Assembly (NCBI GenBank): GCA_963575745.1
Contig: CAUYUJ010000155.1
Coordinates: forward strand, 62,001 to 117,486
From: Prorocentrum cordatum
Lineage: Eukaryota
Reading direction: 5' to 3'
DNA: 55,486 nt
Part shown: positions 39,901 to 52,362 of the stretch, one piece after another
Layout of the letters: every line of letters begins with the position of its first letter
How positions within the stretch are numbered: position 1 is the first letter of the stretch
Position numbers and translations under genes: made by a program
Notes under the pieces: generated by a model
The model's database searches: none
The model's input: the letters and a program-made list of their open reading frames with translations, nothing else
What the model was told of the DNA's origin: nothing

Positions 39901-42150
39901 CTCCGCATCAACGCCCGTAGGAGCGCGGTCGCGCGCGCGCAACTTGGCAGGGCCCCCTGCCTCGCAGTCACCACCGCGCAAATGCTGCCGCGGGCCTTCA
40001 TCCCCCCAACACTTGCCACTTCATGACAAAATGCCACGACAATCTAAGGGACAGTTGACCGATCGGGCCTGCTCGAACAACTGCTGCGGCATAAACGCGT
40101 CGAACGGTTTCCGCGCGCCCGCCGCGACCGACATCGCATGCAGACCCAACAAGTCCACATTCAGATACTCTTGCTAATGGGCGCCACCCGTCGAAAGTCT
40201 CCACTTACTCTCGGAGCCCGAACCATTTCAGCGCAAATGCCACCACTCGGCCACGGCAGCAGCTCCTCGCACTCCGCGCAGAAGCTCGCCTCGGCCTCCA
40301 GACCATGCCCCGACGAGAACAATAGTAATCGCAGCCTGATGCGGCTGGGACCTGCCGCAAGTCTCCCATTTTAAAAAAACAAAGATGAAGCCCGCCACCA
40401 TCTCCACAGCGACGCGGGGGGGCCCGACAAATCGGCATGATCGGTGGCGAGAAGGAAGGCGCCTGCATCGCGACAGCGCCAAATCTCACGCAAGGGCCCC
40501 CCCACTTCGTCGGCCAGCCCACACAGCGGCTGCCCCCCGCCAGCCTCCAGGGTCTCCTGCGCAGCCTGGAGGCGCGCGAACTTGCGTGCCCCACTGGCCC
40601 CTGCGGCGAGCGACTGGTCGACCCAACTCCGCCACCCGGCCTGACCTTCCCGATCGCGTTCCTTCCGCGGCCCGCCACGCCCAGACAACATCTCCTGCGC
40701 CATAGCGCCCAAGGCCGGGGCCTCAAGGACAGCGGGCCCCGATCGATCTCGCAAGATGAAGCCACCAACCCACATCGGCATTTCTCTCACCCTTGATCGC
40801 CTCACGTCGGCGAAGATGGCACGTACGCGCCATTGCCCAGCGGCTGAAGGTCAGCACCAGCGTTCACCGCCCCCGGGGCCCATCCCTCGCCACGGTCTTC
40901 TCCGCGCATCGCCGCTGGCGAGCGCGAGCGCCAAGCAGGCGAATTGCCCACCGACATGCCACGAACATCGCGCGCAACGGAGCACCGAGCTGCTGCCTCA
41001 CGTGAACCGGCCTCCCCTGCGCATTGGACAACTGCGCGTCGGCCGATCTTCCTCTGCCCGAATGCCTCTCCGCCTCGGGCCCCCTTTCGCCGTGGACCCC
41101 CTGCAGCTCCTGCTCGACGCAGCTCAGCGTGGCGCCCCAGGCCTGGCGCACCTCCTCCCCCCCCGTCTTGGCGCGGAAGGTCCGACGACCCACAAAGGCC
41201 CAGCCCATTGCAAATCGCGCGCAGCCAACTGGCGGAACCCTGGGGAAGGCCCGAGGTTCGATCGCAGCCTAGAACCAGGAAGGCCGGCCCTCGCTCAGGG
41301 ACGGCATTCTCACTGACCGATGCATCTTCACCTCTGCATCATGCACTCGCCGTCGCCCGGACACCCATGCCCCTGACCTGTTTCGGTTTCGTGCGTGTGT
41401 TTTTGTTTGCTCGATGGTCCAGGATGGTCCTCGATGGTTTTCGCAGAGAAGACATGCACACGTCCGAACGATGCAAAGTACTTCGCCACGGAACTTCGAA
41501 CACGGGTGGCCAAATTCTCGCAAACCAGCGCGCAGTCAGACGCGCTGCCAGGGAGCAGCTGGATGCAAGCCGCCCTCGCCAGCAACGAGACAAATTTTCT
41601 GGCGCCGCCCAACCACCCTTTTCCAACCAAGCCGGGGGTGATATCTGAGAAGGACCGCCCAGCGTCGCCCAGCAATGTTGAGAATAACCAGGTATCTGGA
41701 GAGCGCGAGGAGCAGCGCTTCATTTTCAGGCGTGGGCCCCACTCCCAAAACCAAGTAGACGACAAGCACGACGACGCCTCCAAGGGCGCCCCAATCGATA
41801 CCAACAGCTGCAATACGCCCTTGAGCCAGGATGGCACTCTCAGTGCACGACGGTGTTTCGACTTCAATGCGAGGCTGCGCCAACCCCGCAACCCCGCCAA
41901 ATTTGCATCCAGCCTCCGCGACCACCGCTGGCGGGCGCATTGATCCTTCGGAGGCCAAGGTCTTCCACGCGCCGCTGCAGGGAGGGGGCGCTGGCCGCCA
42001 TCGTCTTGCGACACTGCGCCGCGACGATCTCGGCCGAGCAATCCTCGTGGAAGGCCTTGGGCGGCCCCGCGCCCTCCGCGTTGACCGAGACTAAGTACTT
42101 GTCGTGGCCCACTGCGCCCTGCATCTGCTGCCCCTTCACTCTGCCACACC
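37000..42150 (-). mobile_element. Decayed LINE ORF2: AP endonuclease, RT and RNase H
   Basis: APE: LVSVNAEG…EIVAAQ, GGVAGLA…GGVVVLVVYLVLGVG…EN (41500-42110). RT: ECEELLPWP…VRAPRVSGDFRR, KPFDAF, QGALPSCARAT, ALVGD (39800-40320). RNase H: DG…RCGWAVVQL…GPLPGPAQTVGVAE (38380-38550). Confidence 0.85.
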
Positions 42151-42175
42151 TGGATCGCACATCGCCTGAGGCACC

Positions 42176-42366
42176 TGTATGCGAGGCGGGAATTTATCCA
42201 CATCCACCGCCTGGGAACGGACGCCCTGGCGCCCCAGCGGGCGGTGGATATGGATATATTTCGGCCCCCAGGGGCCCGAATATGTCCATATCCACCGCCT
42301 GCCGAGGTCCCCGAAAATTGATCCTCCAGGCAGTGGTCATGCATAAATTCCCGCCTCGGACTGTAG
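42176..42366. mobile_element. MITE with nested inverted repeats
   Basis: Perfect 16-bp IR CGAGGCGGGAATTTAT (42182-42197) / ATAAATTCCCGCCTCG (42343-42358). Internal IR GGCGGTGGATATGGA…TCCATATCCACCGCC. TA on both flanks. Confidence 0.78.
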
Positions 42367-42454
42367 CTCTCGGCGTTCCTTCTATTGCGATGGCGCCCCA
42401 CTGCCATGGACGCCACGCTCTGGGAAGGCGGCCAGACTCGGGAAACGCGCCCTT

Positions 42455-42692
42455 GTCGGGGGTCTTCTGACCCGGGTCAATCCAGACCCGGGTCAGCAGG
42501 AAACTAAAAACTGCAATGCAGGAGGAAAAAAAACTGCAACGCAGATCTTCGCAAACCCGGGTCAGCCAATATGCGCGGCCGCCTCGCGGCCTCGAGCGGC
42601 TCGCTAACCCGGGTCAGCCAGAGGGGGTCTTCGCAGGATCCCGCAGGATCTGGCGCCCTGGCTGACCCCCGTTTGCATCGACCCCCGTCTCC
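42455..42692. mobile_element. MITE-like repeat (second copy at ~48727-48915)
   Basis: About 150 bp are near-identical between copies (AAAACTGCAATGCAGG…GATCTTCGCAAACCCGGGTCAGCC…GACCCCCGTCTC). Rich in GGGTC/GACCC inverted motifs. Confidence 0.75.
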
Positions 42693-43359
42693 AGGCCCCC
42701 GACCTGGCTCTCGGGCGAGAGCGCCGGCCGGCTCGCGCCCAGACCAGATCCCGAGGACAACGCCGAGGCCGCCTCCCCCCAACGACGGCGAGGCGCAGTC
42801 GGCGGGCCCCGGTCCCTGCCACGGCCTGCGGAGCAGGGGGCCGCGGCGGCAGGGCATGCCGAGGCTGGCGGGGGCCACTCGCCCCGGCGCGCCAGCTGGA
42901 CGCAGCAGACGTCGACGCAGAGCCCGCCGACACCGGACCCGGCCGCGAGCCACCGATCTCTGCTGCACTTGCCCCCAACTCAGAGGAACACACATCTCTG
43001 GCCACTTGGGGGGGGGGGGGGCCAGGCCGAACTGGAGCTCGAGCTGCCACTCTGCGCCGCACACGCGCACCACCCAGAGGAATGCACATCTCTGGCCATT
43101 CGGGAAAAACGCGGCGCCTGCCGAGCCCAGGCGAGGGCGGCCTATCCGTCGCAGAAGACATCCACCAGTCGAGGTCGTCCTGGTAGGAGATATCTTACTC
43201 ATTATCTAGGGTAGTGCGCGCGCCTGCGGCTGCAGCAGTGTCGCGCTCGCCAATCACAGGGGCAGAAACGGGCCCCATCTCAGCGCCATTCGGAAGACTC
43301 GTGGTCATGATGCCGACAGCGCTAACGCACACACACACACACACGGGTTCGACAAACTT

Positions 43360-44850
43360 CTGGTCAGCATTGGCGCTGGCGCTGCTGGTAGTTCATGGCA
43401 GCCAACACCTTGGCGAGCAGCGGGTTGACTTGAAGCCGCACAGCAGCAGCACGCAGAACCACCAGGTCCCTGGGCAGCTCGGGCGCCCTGCCGTCTGGGC
43501 AGCAAGCCGGCAACCCGCCTCGAAGCTCCTGCTCGAAAGCGGACTCGAGGATCTGATCAGCGCCCTCGGCACTCGGCATAGGGGCCGTCGACTCCCGCCC
43601 CTGCTGCCGCGCCCGCTGCCCCTGCCGCAGGGCGCGCTGCCCCTGCCGGTTCCTGCCCTCCAGGGCCCTGCGCCGGCACCGAGGTGAGCTGCGGGATGAC
43701 CTCGGCCAGCGACTCCGCCACCGCGCGGGACTGCTGGCCGACTCCACGCTGGTGGAGCAGCTTCTCAAGCAGAGAAGCGAACTCCATGTACACCGACGCG
43801 TTTCCCGACCCTGCGCTGAAGTTCGCACGGGAACGCGGATTCTGGTGCATACGGGATCCTGGTGTATACATTTGTCGTTGCTTTCCCGGGACATCGGGGA
43901 AAAAACTATACACCACACCACCCCAGCGTCGTCCCCGACCCTCAAAAAGTCATGGGATTCAAGAAACAGCCCGCCACGTAATGTATACGCCCCAGTTTCC
44001 GATCAAGCTCCTCCTGAGCTTGGTCCCAAACATCGGGGCGGCCAGGGCAAACTCCTTCGGGGGGGCCACCCCAAAGTTCGTGAGCTCGTGCACGCGCACC
44101 CTGACCTCAGCGGCCTCGCCTTCGAGCTTCTCGAGGTCCTTCTTCGTCTCCCCCAAGCTGCTTTGCAACTTGGCCAAATGGACCTCCTTAGCTTCAGTGA
44201 GCTCCCTCGTGGTGGCCACGCGTTTGCGGGCCACCTTGAGACGCGCCAAAGCCGCGCACAGCTGCACGTAGATCGGGAAGCTTTCTGGAGCTGTTTGTGG
44301 ACGTCCTTCTTCTCGCAAGGGAGCTCCTGAAGGACGGGCGAACTATTCGGATCGGCGTCCACTTCGCGAACAGCCCGATCTGCCCCTCCACCTCCTTGGG
44401 CCTTTTGCGTTCGATTACCTCCCCAGGCTCGGAAAGAGGCCCGCGCACCTCGTCATGCATCTCGGTTTCCTCTGCACTGGCTGCAGGCGGACTGGATTGC
44501 AGCTTGTTGTTCTCTGCCTCGAGCCTCTTGGCCATGTCCTCGAGATCCTTCGGCTGCTTCGCCCAGAGCGGCAACCGCTCGGACGGAGCGAGGGGTTGCA
44601 CGCTCGAGTGGAAGCAATCACCCTTCAGCAGCCTACAGCGCACACACGTCTTGCTGTCGGGGATTTCACCATGGCTTTCCCATCCCAGGCTGCGAGCATC
44701 ACTTGCAGAGCCACTGGACCGCTGCCTCTGCACGCGCAGGAGGCGCCATGATTCTGGATGGGCAGCGCACAGCCTACCCTTGCACGAAAAACTCTTGTGA
44801 CCAAGCCTCGGAACAGAGCCATCCACGCGCCCCCCTTGTGGAACAGAGCA
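43360..44850 (-). pseudogene. Putative LINE ORF1 (Cys-rich N-terminus plus coiled coil), frameshifted and interrupted by a small IR insertion at ~43860-43990
   Basis: HGEIPDSKTCVRCRLLKGDC, then heptad-like DLEDMAKRLEAENNKLQ and RELTEAKEVHLAKLQSSLGETKKDLEKLEGE. It lies upstream of and co-oriented with the APE-RT ORF. Confidence 0.5.
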
Positions 44851-44851
44851 T

Positions 44852-44873
44852 CTTGCGCCAAAACGGCTAAGGA
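44852..44873 (-). other. Relic dinoflagellate spliced leader
   Basis: TCCTTAGCCGTTTTGGCGCAAG matches DinoSL DCCGTAGCCATTTTGGCTCAAG at 19 of 22 positions. Confidence 0.8.
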
Positions 44874-45109
44874 GGAGAAGGAGGGTGGAAGAGGAGCGAA
44901 AGATCAAAGAGAGGGAGGGCGGAGGAGGAGGAGGGAAAAGGGAGGAGGAGGAGAAAAAGGAGGAGCAGGAGGAGGAGGCGAACCAGTGCACATCCAAGAC
45001 TCATTAACGATGCTGGAACACACCCTCCCACCAAGCTCCCTCTTCACAATCCCCTGCAAGGGTTCCTTTCCAATGAAATGATTGCCCCGTTGGGGGACAA
45101 CCGCGTGGA

Positions 45110-45830
45110 AATTATGAAGCGCGCGAAAAACACCATTCTCAGGACTGCAACGCCTCAAATTAACCTGACTGCTGCGTCTTGACGATCCTAAATCGCGCCA
45201 AAAGACTGTTCCTGAGACTTCAACACCGCGAACCGACGTAAGTGTTACGCCCTGACAATCCTGAGCCGCTCCGAAATACCATTCCTGCTGGTACGCTAAC
45301 CATGGGAAGCGGTAGAACTCTTGCAACTGTGTTAAACACATGTGCGCGGCGCTAAGCGAAGCCCCATGTTGCAAAAGAGACGTCCTCAGTCCGCGAAGCT
45401 CTTGCAATGTGTTCAACGAGTGCGCGCGGTACTAAGGCAAAAACTACATTTAGAAAACGGCCCGCCCTCAAACCGTGCAACCATTGCAACTTGCGAAAGC
45501 AAATGCGCGCGACGCTGGAGCGAGAGCACCATTTTGAAAACGACCCGCCCCCCATCCGTCAATTTCTTGAAAATGCACAAAAGCGAGAGCCACATTATGA
45601 AAACCACCCGCCCTCAATCCGTGGAACTCTTGCAAAAGTGTCAAGCAAATGTGCGCGGCGCTACGGCGAGAAACACATTTTGAAAACCACCCACCAGCCA
45701 TCTGTGAAACTGCTGCTAGTTGTTAAGCTTCAGGCTCAGAAACGGCGCGGGAACCTCCGGGCACGACTGGCCGGCCCTTCCGACTGGCCTCGGGTTGCGA
45801 CAGGAAGGAGATACTCAGAAGGAAAAGAAA
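45110..45830 (-). repeat. Inverted copy of the 24560-25085 interspersed element
   Basis: Reverse-complement similarity of both the ~80-bp tandem units and the flank. Confidence 0.8.
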
Positions 45831-45956
45831 TGGATGATGATGATGAGGAGGAGGAGGAGCGCACGCACACAGAGGGGGACGAGACGAGGGCAAGCGGACA
45901 AGACGCGAGACGAGGGCAAGTAATCCCGCTCCTGTCAGTCGCTGCGCGTCTAATCC

Positions 45957-48156
45957 TCAGCGGATGTTGACAAAAGATGCAGTACATTGAGAAGGAGACT
46001 GCGCAAGCTGCAATGAAGAAGTGAGGGAGCGCAGGAGCTCGTCACTCTCGAACTGCAGCTTGAGCTCGTCGGTCTCGCTCGGCGAGCACAGCTGGCCGAA
46101 CTCAGACTGCAGCGCGCGCTCGTCAAACTCGTCCAGCTCGTCGCGCGCGGGCGGCTGATGCAGCTCGTCGAATTCCAGCTCGTCATGCGCCAGTTCGAAA
46201 GCGATATGTTGCTGCAGCTCGTTGGTCTCGCTCGGCATAAGCAGCTCGTCGAACTCAGACTGCGCCGCCTTCAGCTCAGGCTGCGGCATGCACGGGCCGA
46301 TGGAGTCCAGAACCTTCGTGAAGTCGTCGCAGCAGTCGACTTTCTGGATGCGCGCGAGAAGGCGGCCGAAGAAGATGTCAAAAAAAAAAAAAAAAGACGT
46401 CGTGATATTCATTGGTCGGCTCGACGTGCCCGAGCTCTGAGTTGAACTCTATCTCGTCGGGCCCCAGCTCGTACGCGATCTGCTGCAGCTCGTAGGTCTC
46501 GCTCGGGGTGAGCAGCTCGTCGGTCTCGAACTGCGTCGCCTCCGCATCGGCGGCCTCGTCGAACTTCAGCTCGGTGGACGCGGCCGGGGTCGGCGCGGCG
46601 AGGGTCTTGAACGGCATGGGCAGCGCGGCGGTCTCGGACTGCGTCAGCGGCTTGGGCGAGTTGGTGACGGCAGCGCCTTGGATACCTGATGCAGGCGGCT
46701 GGCAGTCGCTAGAGTGCCAGCCACCAGAATGCGGCTCGGGCAGCGAGTTCAGGATCTCCATGAAGCCGTTGCAGCAGTCATCGCGCTTGACGTGCGTCAG
46801 CAGGGTGTCGAAGTAGTTGTCGAAATGGGGAAAGCCATCGCGGTTGTCAGGGTACTGCTCGTGGCCTTGTCAGAACTGAACGTGCTGCTCGATGGAGTCG
46901 ATTTGCTGCTGCATCTCTTCGGTGCCCACTTCGATGAGCTTCAGCCTCTGGTCGGCTGTGTCCAGGAGCTCCTTACACGGGTTGTTGACGCGCAGCCCCA
47001 GCTGGGAGACTTGCGTCTTCAGCTCAGTTGGATGAGTGCGAGTTTCTGCTATCGATGGGCGAACGTCAGCCGCAGCACTGTGAAGAAGTTCTACCACTCG
47101 GCGTGCTTCGTCACCTGCTCGGCGACTGGCATGAAGGCGACCGTGAGCGTCATCTGCCGCACGCCGTGCATCAGTTGCAGCTGCGCGAAATTCATCTGCA
47201 ATCTCGCGGATGCCGAGGGTCAGGATGTGCGAGTCGTACGCGGCGCCGAGCTCGGAGCGGATGTCGATGATCTCTTCGGCGGCCTGACTCTGGAGGGAGT
47301 CCATGACGGGCTTGACCGAGGCAGCGAACAGGGTGGGCAGCTGCTTGGCGTTGGAGGCCGACAAAAGTTCGAAGCTCGCGAGAAGCTTTCAGCTTTATCG
47401 AGGGCCCGTTTCTCGAACGCGTGGAGGATACCATCGAGGGTCGCCTCGCTGGGGGGGCGCTGGATTTGAGCCACAGTGGCAGGAGGACCCAGACAACCTG
47501 GAACGGGTACCCAGCTCTATGGAGTCGACGCGGGGCTCGAAGCTGTTGGCCGCAGGCATGTTCTCGCCGATGGTGTCAGCGGCGGCAGCGGGAGCCCACG
47601 CAGGGAAGTCCGTGTCGTAGGTGTCCGCCCAGGCGACGCGCTTGACGGGCGGCGGAGATGGAGGGCTCCTCGACGTTGCCGACCAGCGTTTGTGGCGAGC
47701 AATGTTGCCAGCCGTATTCCAGTACTTGAAGTCTAGCTCCTCCAGTGGGGTGAGGTGTCCACGGGCAGATGCCACCGCGCAGAGCTCGGAGCCGTTGCGC
47801 CTGTAGGGCCCCGTCTTGAGCTCAAGCTTGCGCGCGTTGTCCGTCGCGCAAGCCAGAGCCTTCGCCTCGTGCGAGACGGCTGTTGGAACAGAGATCCGAT
47901 CCAGCTCAGGACCAGCACGTGGACGCAGAAGTCCCTTTTCCACAGCTCGTCGCCGGCGGGCGTCAAGTGCAGTGAGGAAACGGCGTCCGCGGGGTCGAAG
48001 AGGGTTCGGGGTACGAGTCGAAGTCGTACGAGTTGTAGAAGCTGATGAGGGAGTCGCCGCGCTTGCAGCTGGGGGCGTCCATGGAGCACCTCCAATGGCC
48101 GTGAGCATCACCACGCTTGCAGTGTAGAGGAACGTCGACCAGAACAGGAGCTTCAT
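45957..48156 (-). pseudogene. SL-headed intronless retrocopy (or ORF1-like reading frame) of an unknown protein with a hydrophobic N-terminus, coiled coil and acidic internal repeats
   Basis: ATG at 48156 lies 70 nt after the SL (MKLLFWSTFLYTASVVMLTAIGG). ORFs 46870-47364 and 46378-46761 are in frame across a single TGA. There is a frameshift at the 16-nt A run (46380-46395). Confidence 0.6.
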
Positions 48157-48226
48157 GAACGTTCCATGGCCTCCGCGCCTGCGCAGTCGCCGCTCGGGTC
48201 CCGGGGCTCCGCGCACGGGAATGGCA

Positions 48227-48248
48227 CTTGAGCCAAAATGGCTACGGA
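48227..48248 (-). other. Exact 22-nt dinoflagellate spliced leader in genomic DNA
   Basis: The reverse complement reads TCCGTAGCCATTTTGGCTCAAG, a 22/22 match to DinoSL. Confidence 0.97.
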
Positions 48249-49314
48249 GGAGGAGGAGAAGGAGGAGGAGTCGCACCCCTTGAAGAGAAGAAAAGAGAAA
48301 GCGGACACGAAACGAGCAAGGGAAGGACGGGCGGACAAGAAGCGGAGGAGGAGGAGGAGGAGGCGGAGAAGGAGGAGGAGAAGGAGCAGGCGGAGGAGGA
48401 GGGGCCGGCTGCGCCCGTCACTGTGGTACCGAGGCCGTCGGATCGCATCGCAGGAGGAGGACGCGGACGAGGCACAGGAGGAGGAAGCGAGGATCGATCG
48501 AGGCTCGAGACTGGAGATTCGAGATTCGAGCCTTCTGGAAAGAGGGCAGGGGATCGGCGCTCGAGGCCCGAGGCCTTCGTGGACGGGCGCCTGGCCCTGT
48601 CTGGGCCCCCTGCAGGTGGGGGGAGGCTGCGGAAGCCTCAGCGTGACCTCCAGGGCATCCAAGGGCCTCTGGCAGCCGCCAAGGTCCGAGCGTGCCCCCC
48701 CCAGCCCCCGGACCCTCCTGGAGGGAGATCGGGGATCTTCTGCAGCAGGAGACCCAAAACTGCAATGCAGGAAAAAAACTGCAACGCAGATCTTCGCAAA
48801 CCCGGGTCAGCCAATATGCGAGGCTCGCTAACCCGGGTCAGCCAGAGGGGATCTTCGCAGGATCCTGCAGCATCCGGTGCCCTGGCTGACCCCCGTTTGC
48901 ATTGACCCCCGTCTCTCAGGCCCCCAGGAGATCGAGCTTCGAGGTTGCCGGGCGCCTTGGGGCGCTCCTGCGCCTCCGGAAGCGCCCTCGCGGCCACCGC
49001 CGGGCTCGCCTCGACGCTCCTGGCCACGACGCGCCAGGACAGGCCCGGCGGTTCTGCGAGGGGCCCTGCGCCTCGGGGGTCCTGCGCATCGAGGGCCAGG
49101 GATCGGGAGCGTGCAGCACCCGGTGCCCGCTTTGTTGGGCCGTCGGCGGCTTCAGCACAGGCCGCGAGGGACTGCTCCGAACCTCCGAGGAGGAGGCGTC
49201 AGGGAGCTCCGGGGGCCAGCAGCGTGGAGAGGCCGCGGAGCCAGAGGCCCCGGCACCCTCGCCAGGAGCCCGCCGCGCGGAGGCTCTCGACCTCAAAGTC
49301 TGGATGCACTTACA

Positions 49315-49426
49315 CTCCTCCTCCTCCTCCTCCTCCTCCTCCACCTCCTCCTCCTCCTCCTCCTCCTCCTCCGCCTCCTCCTCCTCCTCCTCCTCCTCCT
49401 CCGCCTCCTCTCCTCTCCTCCTCCTG

Positions 49427-49502
<76 letters not shown>

Positions 49503-49830
49503 TCAGCATCAGCATCAGCATCAGCATCAGCATCAGCATCAGCATCAGCATCAGCATCAGCATCATCATCATCAGCAGCAGCATCAGCATCAGCATCAGC
49601 ATCATCATCATCATACCAAGCATCATCAGCATCACCATCATATAATCATCCTCAACATCATCAGTGGCATCATCAGATCATACGCATCATCAACAACAAT
49701 ATCACCATCATATGATCAGCATCATCATCAGCATCATCATCAGCATCAGTATCATCAGCAACAGCATCATCGTCATCACCATCGTCGTCATCATCGTCGT
49801 CAGCATCAGCATTATCAGTATCGTTAGCAT
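49315..49830 (+). repeat. Compound microsatellite (CCT)n-(CAT)n-(CAG)n-(CATCAG)n
   Basis: Seen directly in the sequence. Confidence 0.95.
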
Positions 49831-52239
49831 CTTACGAGTAGTAAAACGGTCAATGTTGTTCTAAGTTCTGTTATAGCAGTGCTTTGTCAGCACTAGTATG
49901 ATCAGTCGCATGCGTATTAGAACCTTATTCGCTTCGAAGTGTGTGTGTGTTGGTGTTCGTAGTGCCAGTTCACGTGGCAGGAGAATCACACTTCGTAACG
50001 AAAGGATTAATGTTACGTTTGTCGTAATAGGTAGCACGTTTGTATACAGTCTCATATTCGCAGTATGAATATGAATAATACTATTACACTGTCCTTGTCT
50101 TCCTCCTCCTTCCTTTCCTCTTACTTCTTCACGTTCCTCCTCATCCCAATCATCCACATCATCCCCACCATCTTCATAATCAGAATCGTCATAACCACCC
50201 ACGTCAACATCAGCAGCAGCATCATCATCAGAATCATCATCCTCAGCAGCAGCACCATCATCATCAGCAGCAGCATCATCGTCCTCGTCCTCGTCCTCCT
50301 CTTCCTGCATCCATCATCATTCTGGGACACACACAGCAGATCATGGTTAAATGCGCACAAGCACTGGCTCCTCCTCCTCCTCCTCCTCCTCCTTCTCATC
50401 CTTATCCTCCTCCTCCTCCTCCTCCTCATCCTCCTTCCCTATTCCTCGCACGTACCCACAGAGCGCGGCGGTCCTCGACTCCGATCACCACCGATTGAGC
50501 TGCTCCGAACACCTCCTCGTCCTCGTCCTCCTCCTCGTCCTCCTCCTCCTCCTCGTCCTCCTCCTCCTCCTCTCTCCATGATCCTCCTCCCCAGCGAGGA
50601 CACTGGATGCACTGAGTCGCACTCCGTTCTGAAGGCTATGCGAGTCGTCCAACCTCGCGCTGCGCACCTGGCGATGCGCGACGCGCGGCTACACTCGGGC
50701 CCCCGCGCGACCGCCATCGAGAAGGGCACATCTCTGGCTCGGGCAGCGACGCGCGAGGAGTAGGAGGAGCTGGCGGAGGAGGAGGAGAAGGCGGAGCTGG
50801 CGGAGGAGGAGGAGGAGGAGGAGGAGGAGGTCCCCCCGAGGTCTTCCAGGTCCTCCATCGGCCCCTTGGAGGCCTGCAGAGGCCCAAGCATGGCCGAAAT
50901 TGTTCAAAACCTCGATGTTCGATCATCGATCATCGAGGAAGGAGGAGGATGAGGAAGAGGAGAAGGAGGATGACGACGACGACGACGAGGAGGAGGAGGA
51001 CGACGACGACGACCAAACTAAACCCAGGATGTGTCGAAGATGCTGCATCTATCAGAAGCGCCCACTTGAAACACCCGCACCTTATAGGACTGCAATTCAG
51101 GCGAGAGCCTCGCTGCGAAGAGTAGAACTTCGAGCGAACTATAAGGAAAGCTGAAACAGGGGATCGTACGGTGCAACGAAGTGTCCAACGAGGGCCCCCT
51201 TTGTGAGCAGAGGCCGCACTCCGTCCGTGCAGCTATGACACCTGTGTGAGCTTCTGGCCGCCGGATGCGCGGAAGTCTCCCGCGAGAGCCCCATGTTTGA
51301 GAAGGGCCCGTCCTCCGGATTGGCACCTGCTGCGCGACTTCAAGACACGTGGGCGCGGCGCCAAACCGAGAGCCCCATTGTCAAAAGGAGCCACCCTTCA
51401 TCCTTGTAGCAAATGCAAGCTGTTGCTATGCAAACGAATGCGCGATGCTAAAGCGAGAAACCCATTTGTAAAAAGGTTCCATTCTCAATCCCTGTAACTA
51501 GTACAAGCTTTCAGACGAATGTGCTCGGCGCTGGGGCTAGAGCCGCATTTTGAAAAAGGTCCACCCTCCATCCTTATAATGATTGGAAACTTCGAGCTTC
51601 AACACAATGAACGGTTTGGAAATCTTCGGAGAAACACCCGGACTGCCCTACCGACACATCTGGTGGTGACAGGGAGGGATTCTCTCCAGAAACATATGAA
51701 GAAGGAAGAAGAACAGCAGCAAGAGCACGACAACGACGAAGAGAAGTGGATCCTGCTGTACGGCGCCCCCCTGGACGAGAACGTAGCTGGCGCGCGGACC
51801 GGGTCTCCCGACAAGGCCCTGCAGAAGAGGCACGGCATCCGCTTGGCCTCCACCTGGCCAACGTCCTGAGGGGACAATTGTCTTGTCGAGGAAGACGAGG
51901 GGAAGGAAAGGAACGAGGCTCGAAGATGGGACGCGTTTGGTCCCCATGGGCCCCTGGAAGCTTCCAGAAGCCTCCGCGAAGACCTCGGAAACATCCTCTT
52001 TCAGAAATTTGGACCTTTCTCGCAGCGACAGCGCACCGAAGTGAGGCAAGCCTAGTGTCGCAGAACGTTCCCCTCAAAACATGCAGAAGACTAGGCGAGA
52101 GGCGGGGGACAAAAGCGTGACGGCCGCGCCACCACCAGGGAGAGGGAATGAGGGGGGGAAGGGAGCAAGGAGACCAAGTGAGCTACTTTGTGTACCCAGA
52201 CACGACGGGCTCATGTTTCAGTCCGCGGGCAACGGCAAC

Positions 52240-52253
52240 AACAACAACAACAA

Positions 52254-52294
<41 letters not shown>

Positions 52295-52297
52295 ACG

Positions 52298-52362
<65 letters not shown>

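Noticed and set aside
48190..48248. SL RNA gene (the SL is followed by GT on the minus strand)
   Set aside because: I see no short SL intron with a T-rich terminator, no tandem SL units and no 5S linkage. It runs into a UTR and ORF, so a retrocopy fits better, though an SL RNA gene is not formally excluded.
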